64,000 nucleotides of DNA, taken from assembly GCA_964016885.1 (NCBI GenBank), contig OZ024751.1:11470001-11534000 (forward strand), read 5' to 3'. This document shows, one piece after another, positions 54,014-64,000 of this stretch. The number at the start of each line of letters is the position of its first letter. Position 1 is the stretch's first letter. The stretch comes from Eledone cirrhosa. Its lineage: Eukaryota. Both the position numbers and the translations under genes were made by a program. The notes below the pieces were generated by a model. That model saw only the letters and a program-made list of their open reading frames with translations, searched no databases and was not told where the DNA came from.

Positions 54014-54155
54014 TGTTCAAATCCCGCCGAGGTTAGCTTTGCCTTTCATCCTTATGACGTCGATAAAATAAAGTACCAGTAATGCACTGGCGTCGATTTA
54101 ATCGACTTCCCCTCACCCAAATTACTGACCTCGTATCTATAGTAGAAATCATTAT
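54014..54155 (+). mobile_element. 5'-truncated tRNA-SINE
   Basis: GTTCAAATCCCGCCGAGG..GCCTTTCATCC..AGTACCAG; another tail on minus at 53678-53780. Confidence 0.85.
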
Positions 54156-55475
54156 TTCATTTTTATTTGAAGCATTATTCAATTCAGCGTATTACTTGAA
54201 TCTACGAAGTAGTTTTAGATTAAAATAAATACTTTAACTCAAGCATTTTTGGCAGTTTCAGCTCGTCTGATATTCGTATATTTAAAGGTATAATTTTATT
54301 TGCCATGGTGTAGAATACACTTCTTATTTTATAAAATTTATCGGTCGCAAACGACAACTGCAGACGTCACTAAGTCTACAAGATAATCTCTTCAATTGAC
54401 GTAGTTACTAATGTCTGTACAGTTACAAGAATACTAATATCCTTTCCCTAATCATTGCCAAGCTGAAACTAATAAAGCTGAATATCCACAAGCACCACAA
54501 TTGTTCAGCGGACAACTTAATACGTTCATTAATGGCAACATATTACTAACATCACCTGTACAGTTAGGGAAACGTAACTCTTCTGCAGCTAGTTATTGTT
54601 CTATAATACTACATTCAACAGTAACAATATAACTACAACCAGCGCCGCATCAACAAACCTTCTCACTTATGTTACTGCCATACGTCACAGCTCAATTATT
54701 ATAACAGAGAACAAAAATCAAAAGCAAAATCAAAAACATGAAAAAACAACACCACCATCAAGAACAACATTATCATTATTCTTACGACTAACAACAACAA
54801 TAACTACTACAACTACAGGAGCGCTGGCATCACCAATCACGTCTCACTTGACATTAAATGAAAAATATACGTCAATACAAAAACATAAGAAAAGATCAAA
54901 TGAAAAGAAGAGAGTAAAATACTACACACAAGTGAAACTATATTCCGAAGATGACGGTTAGGATATAAAGTTTACGTCTTTCATCCAGGCATGACGTAAT
55001 ACGTTTCGGCGGGAAACTTTAACACAGGATTGGCTTCCATGACAGACAGTACATCTTTTTGGACAACAAAGAGAGATGAAAGGAACAGCTTCTTTGACAG
55101 AAAACATAAATAAATCTTGAATATTCTAGAGAACACTTCACTTCCATCAATTTTCTCTATTTTTCTTTGTTTATTTTGCATAGTTTTTTTTTTATAACTT
55201 ACTGTTTTCTTTTTCGAAATAATTTCCCCTTCTTTCATCATATGTGTCTTTACGTCATATCGTTCGCCTTTCCATTCCTATTTTCTTCCATTCGTCTTCA
55301 TGCTTTTGTTCACATCTGTTGATATTGTCATATCTACAGACCTAGCAGTTGCTCCCTTTTTCCTGTCTTTCATTTTGTTATTTTTTCATAATATAAAAAC
55401 AACAACAACGACAACAACACAACAAGAATAATAATAATGATGATGATGATGATGATAACGTTACTACTACTACTA

Positions 55476-55562
<87 letters not shown>

Positions 55563-55637
55563 TGAACAGTGATAATAATAATAAAAAATTATAAGAATAA
55601 AAACGAAAATAACAATAAAAACAACAATAACAATAAT

Positions 55638-55668
<31 letters not shown>

Positions 55669-55806
55669 CTAGAATTATTACAATCCCTATCCTGTGCTGT
55701 TTTTGATGTCGATGTAAATATAAAGATAAAAAAAACTTTTATCATGATCAATGCTTTTTATCATTTTTGCCCGTTGTGTTCATTGATGTTGTTATTGTTG
55801 TTGTTG

Positions 55807-55859
<53 letters not shown>

Positions 55860-56171
55860 GATTGCCTTAAGAAAGGAATTGAGATTGGAAGAGCACTGAA
55901 CTTTCCATAAGTAATCAGAACGATCACAAAGAAGATCGGACGAGTTCAAGTGATCTCTATCCTCCAGGGCACCACATGACACCACGCCACACCACATCAG
56001 ATCACAACGTACCACAACACACCACTCCACACTACATTACACCACACCACACCACAATACACTGCTACAATTCAGTCATCAACTACAAAAACAATAGCAT
56101 AAACTTTCCACACCGGTAAACTCCGCCATTAATTCCGTTAACAAAAAAATTCGAATGAACAACAAACAGTT

Positions 56172-56226
<55 letters not shown>

Positions 56227-56274
56227 CATCGTTAACACCACCACCACCACTACTGCTACTACCACCATTGTTAA

Positions 56275-56358
<84 letters not shown>

Positions 56359-56448
56359 CATCGTTAACACCACCACCACCACTACTGCTACTACCACCAT
56401 TGTTAACACCACCACTACTACTACTACTATTACTACTACTACTACTAT

Positions 56449-56484
<36 letters not shown>

Positions 56485-56486
56485 CA
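56172..56486. repeat. (ACT)n microsatellite with duplicated interruption block
   Basis: ACCATCGTTAACACCACC block occurs twice. Confidence 0.9.
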
Positions 56487-57159
56487 TGTTAATGTACTGA
56501 TAATTAAGTAGAAAACATTAAGAATATCAAAGACCAAATCTACAGAGTAAAAGAAAAAAAATAGAAGAAAACAAAAACAAACTATAACATATTAAGATCG
56601 TTAAGAAACAGCAACAAACAACAACATTACAACAACAACAACTCAACAATAAAAACAATAAAAATATACTACCAGGAATAAATAAAATAAAAAAATAAAA
56701 AATAATAATAACAGATATGTTAAATAATGGAGAGAAATAAAAGAAAAAAAACTTACAAATTGAAACATAACAATAAAGTAAAGATAAAAAGATCTATTAG
56801 CTAAATGAACTTGATAGCTTGATAGATGACCAATAGTAAGACATTGGATAAAGAAAATGGAGGCCGTAATAAATTGCCGACGCCATTGCAAACAACAAGT
56901 ATGGCGGCCGTGGTAAATTGATGATGTCACTTCCAAGACGTTAATCAGTGACTTTCAAAGTCAATGAAATTATCTACCTAAGATGTAAATGTTTGATCTT
57001 TCTTTTATATTAACGTTTTAAGAAACATAGCCATGTGAGTTGAGTTTATAAAGTGTATAGAAGTTATGTGATCGTTGGAAGCTCGATAGAAGATATTTCC
57101 TTCATCAGATATGTTTTTCTTAACGTCTGCATATTTTGATATATTGTATAATTGATGTC

Positions 57160-57800
57160 GGCGGTGAATTGGCAGAGTCGTTAGAACGTCGGATAGAAAG
57201 CTTTAAGGTATTCGTTCCGAGTCTCTGCCCGATGAGCTCAAATCCCGCCGAGGTCAACTTTGTCTTTAATCCTTTCCAATGTATTGGGGTCGATTCTTGC
57301 TTTATATCTCTTTCTCATTTCCTCTTTCTCAATTTCTCACTTTCTATGTTTCTCTTGAAGAAATATGCTGTTCTCAGGCCTGGAGAGGGATGGGCGCCAC
57401 CAGGCTTAAAATGTCCAAGAAACGCCGTATGTCAATACGGTGCCCCTACAAATTTATCAGGTGTTACGGGTCCAGACATACATACATAATAGATGTAGGC
57501 GGCGGATTGGCAGAGTGGTTAAAATGTCGGATAGATTGCTTTTCGGTATTCGTTCTGGGTCTCTGCTCTCTGAGCTCAAATACGATCGAGATAAACTTTG
57601 CATTTAGTCCTTTCGAGGTCGGTAAAAATATACCAGTCTAGTACTGAGGTCAATTATGCCACTATATCTCTTTCTCACGTCATCTCTGTTACATGCTATT
57701 CTTCGCTAGAATAAATCTATAGTGTTTATAGTGTTCAAACATGGAGAGGAGATGGGATTCGCCAGGCTTAAAATTGCCCTATTAGTTAAGGGTCCATATA
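57160..57800 (+). mobile_element. Two tandem long-tail tRNA-SINEs
   Basis: Heads GGCGG.GRATTGGCAGAGT at 57160 and 57498; tail shared with 1021-1350. Confidence 0.8.
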
Positions 57801-58415
57801 TGTATATATATGTATATATATATATACATATATGAAGTAGATATATTTGAGCCAGTACAAACACACACACACACACACACATACATACACACACGCACGC
57901 ACATACACACGCACACAATTTGGAGAAAAAGTTGGTGACTACTTAAAACAAGTCAAACTAACACGTAATCGCTTCCCCCTTTCATTTGGTGGGGGCAGAG
58001 TTTGTAGGTCAAATAGCCATTAACTTGTACGTATTCAAGTGCAACAGGAAGCCACCACGACTACACAGCTCTTGAAGGGCCTGTAAAATACTGGCCACTG
58101 TCAAATCGTTTCATATATAAATTAAAACAAATTCTTATTGATATGATCTTTGAATTAGAGCTCTGGCTTTTTATGCAAGCTCACAGCGAGATCATAGCAA
58201 TTATATCTTTGGAAAATGGATGAGAAATAGTATCTGAACATTTCTGAAGCACATTTTAACAGCCAACATTGTTGATCGTAATGTTATTTGAAAATGCTTT
58301 ATTGCATCTTGCCTTTAATATTCATTCAGTAAATTTATTTATAAAATTATTGTTGGACATTTATTACGTTATTAATATAATTCATTTTCTCTAAGCATAT
58401 ACGCACACACACGTG

Positions 58416-58492
<77 letters not shown>

Positions 58493-58512
58493 GTATAAAT
58501 AAATAAATATAT

Positions 58513-58546
<34 letters not shown>

Positions 58547-58834
58547 TCCACCTAAGTGTAATTAGAGTGTGTAGCTAATGAAGAAAAAGAAAAAAAATAC
58601 TATTTCTACCTAAGTATGCTTGGGGTTTCCTCTATCTTAGTATGTAATTAGAAAAGAGATACAGCCGAGTTCTACCTACCTGGGTCATGAGAAGGATTGG
58701 AGGTAAGATATGTCTTATGTATTGTGTGTTACCTCGTGTAAATACAGAACACATAGGACATGTCTTACCTTCAACCCCCCTCACGACCCAGGTGGGTACA
58801 CGGAGCTCAGCCGTCGGAGTCCTGACTCTTTTCC

Positions 58835-58903
<69 letters not shown>

Positions 58904-58939
58904 TTATTATTATTATTATTATGTGGTTAATAAAGAAAT

Positions 58940-60565
58940 CATTATTATTATTATTATTATTATTATTACAGCTGCATTTATCTTGCTTTATGTTCATACG
59001 AGTTATCACCAAGTCACAACTAGTGACCTCAAGAGACAACAAGGTCCGCTATCTTCAAGAAAGAACATATATACTCACACATGCATCTTTAGGTGTTTAG
59101 ACTTGTGATGTACATATATTGACAGAATCTTCCTTAGTATATGGGCAGTTCCCATTAGTACTATCTTTTGTATTTCTCCTATACGCGGGTTTCCTGGGAT
59201 TTGCGATAAGTAATCATTAAACTCCTTAGGTATCATTCCTAGAGCGCCTACAACCACTGGTATTGTTTTAGTTCTCAATTTCCACATTTTTCCAATTTCT
59301 ATCTCCAGGTCCTTATACTTGCTCAATTTTTCAAATGTTTTTATAGATACATTCTTGTCTATTGGAACGGACATATCAATTAGCAGGCATACCCTCTTTT
59401 TAAAGTCCTTCAGTATTATATCAGGTCTATTTGCATCTATTTTTCGGTCTGTTTGGATGCTAAAGTTCCACAAGATTGAGATGTGATCTTTTTCAAGAAT
59501 GGGAGGTGGTTGATGCTCCCACCAATTCTTTTGATGGGGCAGGTCAAAATGCTTACCCATTATCCAATGTATGTATTGTGCAGCTCTGTCATGCCTGTTT
59601 AGGTATTCGGTTGGAGCTATAGGACTGCACATTGAAATTATATGGTCAATGGTCTCTGGTTGTTTTTTACATACACGGCATAATGGGCTGCATCCATTTT
59701 TTATTATGTTGGCTTGGTAATTTTTTGTTGGCAGACACTGATCTTGTGCTGATATAATCAGTCCTTCAGTCTCCGATTTCAGTCCAGAGGATGCCAACCA
59801 CTGATGGGTTAAAGTTTTGTTAACATCAGGATTGTTAGCTCGTTCTGGGTATTTTCCATACAGAGGCTTTTCTTGCCATTTCTTAGCCAGTTTCTGTAGC
59901 AGTTCTTTCTTTGCAGTTACTTTTACCTGCTTTGCTTTTTCTGTATTTTCCATTTCAGCAGTTAATGGGACTTCTGAAATTTGTAGTCCATTACTGTATC
60001 TTTGTGCATCTTTTGTAATGGAGTATGATCTTTTGATGCTTTCGTGTTTCAAAACGAGTTTGATCATCCAATCGTGTGATTCCCTTAGATATGTAAATAA
60101 TTCAATTGTTGCAGTTTTCAACGCAATGTCTAACTGGATTAACCCACGTCCTCCTTCTTTCCTAGGGAGATATATTCTATCTGTATCTGCCTTAGGGTGA
60201 TGCATTCTGTGCATGGTTAAGAATTTTTGAATTTTTGTATCGAGCCTACGGATCTCTGTGCTTGACCAGTTGATGACATTGTAACTGTAGGTTACTACTG
60301 GTATGGCAAGCGTGTTTATGGCATCGATCCTATTCCTTGCATTCAATTCCGTTCTTAAGATTGCTCTTACTCTGCGGTAACATTCCTTCCTTATCCTTTC
60401 CCTCATTGTCGAGTGCTTGATTCCGTCTCCTTCACAAACACCTAGATATTTGTATGTTTTTTCTTGATCAAGTTCTCTTATCACGTTCCCCCGATCAAGA
60501 ATAATGTCTGAACTCTTCAGCAGCTTTCCTCTGGTGAACGTTGCTTTGGCGCATTTATCTAGTCC

Positions 60566-60566
<1 letters not shown>
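58940..60566 (-). mobile_element. 5'-truncated R4/Dong-type retrotransposon in (TAA)n
   Basis: Open reading frame with YKYLG, GGRGL, CRVC..ETIDHIISMC, NRPDII..IDMSVP, KYKDL; (TAA)n on both sides. Confidence 0.92.
59075..60484 (-). CDS. RT thumb + CCHC + RLE C-terminal fragment
   Basis: 469 aa uninterrupted; clearly homologous to the 50148 ORF C-terminus. Confidence 0.85.
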   Translation of the reverse strand: MIRELDQEKTYKYLGVCEGDGIKHSTMRERIRKECYRRVRAILRTELNARNRIDAINTLAIPVVTYSYNVINWSSTEIRRLDTKIQKFLTMHRMHHPKADTDRIYLPRKEGGRGLIQLDIALKTATIELFTYLRESHDWMIKLVLKHESIKRSYSITKDAQRYSNGLQISEVPLTAEMENTEKAKQVKVTAKKELLQKLAKKWQEKPLYGKYPERANNPDVNKTLTHQWLASSGLKSETEGLIISAQDQCLPTKNYQANIIKNGCSPLCRVCKKQPETIDHIISMCSPIAPTEYLNRHDRAAQYIHWIMGKHFDLPHQKNWWEHQPPPILEKDHISILWNFSIQTDRKIDANRPDIILKDFKKRVCLLIDMSVPIDKNVSIKTFEKLSKYKDLEIEIGKMWKLRTKTIPVVVGALGMIPKEFNDYLSQIPGNPRIGEIQKIVLMGTAHILRKILSIYVHHKSKHLKMHV

Positions 60567-60635
<69 letters not shown>

Positions 60636-60908
60636 CTACATTCCTTACATCAAACTAAAATATGTTGACAATCTTTTAATAATGTCTTCCTTGTGAAATA
60701 TTTGTGGTCTTGTTTTGCTTAACTAATGAATATTTCCAGTTCTGCGCACCTAACTTCTGCATGAACCCAGCCAACTAGCTGCTTTCTACTGCATATTGCA
60801 CATTGAGAACATGCGTTTACGCTTTGGCTTCTAACTAATTCACCAATCTCTCCTCTCATATCTCCTCTCCTATCTCCATCTCTCTCTTTAAGATTGGTTA
60901 CTCTTGAA

Positions 60909-60962
<54 letters not shown>

Positions 60963-61457
60963 TTGGGCAGGGGGAGCACAGCCGAGTTGGTTTCTGTGAA
61001 TAGACCCAGGGCGAACTAAACGCAAAAAATCCCAGGTTACAAGGAAAATCTTGCTGAGAATGGAATGTAACTGAAACTGACAGTGGGTCATTAATTAGTG
61101 TAGTTTGTCCATTTAGATTCTTCTTCTTCTTCTTCTTCTTCTTCTTCTTCTTCTTCTTCTTCTTCTTCTTCTTCTTCTTCTTCTTCTTCTTCTTCTTGTT
61201 GTAAGGGTCGTGGGCGCAGTGTCCTCAGGCACACCTTCCAGTACATAGATAATGTAGATAAAATCAAGTCTCTATTTTCCGCGTCTTCTGTTTTGTTCTA
61301 CAGCCATTTTCTTTTAGAAAAAACTGGTGATGGTGGAGGCGGGGTTAGAAATGAAACAGGAACTGATGTTTACACTCTACTAATGTATTGAATACCTTAC
61401 TTACTGGGGTTACTCCCGATTGAACCCGGGACTCTCTCTCTCTCTCTCTCTCTCTCT

Positions 61458-61595
<138 letters not shown>

Positions 61596-62504
61596 TGCCT
61601 GTAAGTGTGAAAGTATGTTTTTATGTATGTATGAGTTATTTGGAATAATGTAATGCTTACCTATATCAGTACTTGTTATTTCATACAAGATTGACTGCAA
61701 GGACAGCTAAATGGTGGATTGAATGTATTGCAGATAACAATAAATTGAAATAAGATACAGTGAGAAAATCAAAGTCTGCTGGTTCTCTTTCAGTTGACAG
61801 CAACAAAGCAATTTCAAAACCTTCCCCTCTTAAATCAATGTTTAAAAGAAACAAAACAGGATACACAGCCACATTTTAAAGGTTACATTTCACAGACAGA
61901 CGTTCGAACGAGGCCGATTTTAAAGGTTGAATTTCTAGTTAAAATAACAAAAATATAATTTTAAATTCAATTGAAATGATTAAGGTTAAGATTTTTTGCG
62001 TTAGTGATATCTTTTGTTATTGTTGATGATGCTGTTGTTGCTGTGGGGATTATTTTGGTATTATTGTATTAATTTGGTATTATTTTGGTATTATTTTGGT
62101 ATTATTGTTGTTGTTGTCATTGTTGATATTAAAATTGCTGATGTTGATGTTGTCGGGTTTTTTTATATTTATTTGTATTAACTGTAGAAACAATGTCCTT
62201 GTCTATTTAAAGTGACTAAGAACCTGGAAGCAAGCATGGAGGACGGTTTTCCTTAAACCAAAGACCTAGTCAAAGTAATTGTAACAAATGTGAAATCCAC
62301 TAAAGGAACGCAATCTTTCAGTTGGGCTAAACGGTATGATGTACTATGCCTGCCGTCATAATGTTGGTAGATTGGACGATTCGTCAGAACTCGGATTAGT
62401 GCCTAGTATTATATGTTCCGATTACTTATGTTGAGAATATAAGTTTCACCAGGATTAAATTTACTTTTTCATCCTTCTGAGATAAATAAAATAAAATATA
62501 ACAC

Positions 62505-62760
62505 AAGTATGCGAGATGGAATGTCTCTTCCAGTGCGTCTCCCTTGCCGTCCTCCGGGGAAACGCCTTCTCCATTCTGTCCGCCGGGGCTGTGGGGCGGC
62601 CAGCACGTAGGACCCCATTTGCTCACTATACAGAGAGATTGGAAGGGCGAGAGAGATGCGGGCAATGCCGATGGGAATTCGGCTCTTTCGTGTTCGGACA
62701 CATTGCACCTGACAAGAGTGTATTTTCATACTTGTGACGAACATGGTGAATTCCTATGTA
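62505..62760 (+). mobile_element. Possible CRE-like non-LTR retrotransposon 3' fragment
   Basis: GC-rich island; LFQCVSLAVLRGNAFSIL resembles the QR.S.A.QRGNA C-terminal motif of CRE-clade RLE elements. Confidence 0.5.
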
Positions 62761-63616
62761 TGCATATGTAAGATAAACACACGAGTATGGGAGACAATAT
62801 GATCGAAGTTTCCTTTCCCTAAATTGCTGGCTTTGGGGCAAATTAGATATCATTAAGTTTATTACCCAAGAAGGCTACAAGAGTTTTATAACTCAGAACA
62901 CAAATATATGGAACAAATGCAACAAGCCGTTTCCTCTGACATTTAACAATTCTGTCAATCCATCGTTTCTGAACTGACATTTAGGTTTATCGAAACCGAA
63001 AGGGTAACATGCAATGTTAATTTTCCGCTGTAATTGACAAGAGACAAGGGGGCAAGGACTTGGAAGAAATAATATACAGGATTATGTCCAAAGTTCTACC
63101 GATTCTTTGAAATCTCTGGTCATGCCAGCAACAATCTAGCACAGCTGTCACCAACCGGTGGTCCCCGAAAATATTTTGGTGTTGCATAGAACATTTTAAT
63201 GTATCTATCTTTATAAAAAATTCATATTAGTGGTCCGCGGGATTTAAAATTATGAATTTAATGGAACGCTGATCCAGCAGATCTATGTATAAATATTTTG
63301 CAGCCATGGATTTCTCATCTGTTATTATTCACACAAATTCCCTGATATAACTTTGAGAGTGTTGAAAGAGGGTTTAGGCTAGTATCTTTAGAGTTTCAAG
63401 TCTTTTTTTAGGTCCATAAAATTGTCTTCAACCGCGAACGTCTCGTCATATTTTGACAGATATATTGGCCATAAATATGCAGTGACTAATGTATACTTTT
63501 CTACGATATCGTGCTAATATTTCGCTGGCTGGTGTGTATAGTGTGTATGCATATATGAAAATGATGTTTATTTTAGTAAAAATAAACGAGATGTCCTACA
63601 CGAGTGAAAGTATACT

Positions 63617-63678
63617 TCCCTAAGAATTGAGTACTCTGGTGCGTTATGGTCCACCTGGTGTCTTACCACACCCTCTTT

Positions 63679-63682
<4 letters not shown>
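63617..63682 (+). mobile_element. Family A tail only
   Basis: CCCTAAGAATTGAGTACTCTGGTGCGTTATGGTCCACCTGG into (TA)n. Confidence 0.7.
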
Positions 63683-63745
<63 letters not shown>

Positions 63746-64000
63746 ACTATATATATATATTGTTATGTGGGTCATGTTGGCAATAAGAAACACACGCACC
63801 AGTTGCTTTCACTTCAATTTATTATGAATTAATATTTTTTCAAAAAATTTATAATTTCCAGTTGGTTGGTTTGTTCCACAATGGGACGTTTGTTCATATA
63901 TTGTTAGACCTGTGCGAAATTCCTTCATTGCTCACATTTCAACCAGGTTTGATGGTCTTTTGTCTCTTGTTCACGATTTCACCGAGTTTATATTCATAGA

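Noticed and set aside
54981-55241. Short ORFs and Cys-rich frame in unique DNA (also 55870-55975)
   Set aside because: No recognisable domain or convincing splice sites
63140-63245. hAT-like MITE end
   Set aside because: No matching second TIR or TSD identified

Overview
Eukaryotic, very AT-rich intergenic or intronic DNA saturated with microsatellites ((TA)n, (CA)n, (ACT)n, (TAA)n, (TTC)n). The SINE, MITE and LINE repertoire resembles an octopus/cephalopod genome (inference). No host gene exon could be supported, and almost all listed ORFs are microsatellite translations. Recognisable elements: a decayed CR1/L2-type LINE (22187-26090, -), a near full-length R4/Dong-type RLE retrotransposon (about 50030-53680, +) and a 5'-truncated relative (58940-60566, -), three RTE fragments (one with a twin-priming inversion), a CRE-like fragment, about 20 tRNA-derived SINE copies, two TTAA/piggyBac-like MITEs and two non-autonomous Helitrons. 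The most notable signal is a set of short non-coding elements of several sequence-unrelated families lodged in (TA)n tracts. They carry type I hammerhead ribozymes (CUGANGA core, stem II, GAAA, palindromic stem III, NUH), often a downstream AATAAA, fold-back inverted arms and a shared TTGAGT tail motif. One hammerhead unit is triplicated in tandem (10381-11760), like a retrozyme. These look like Penelope-like pLTR or retrozyme derivatives. All ribozyme calls are by-eye folds and have not been tested.
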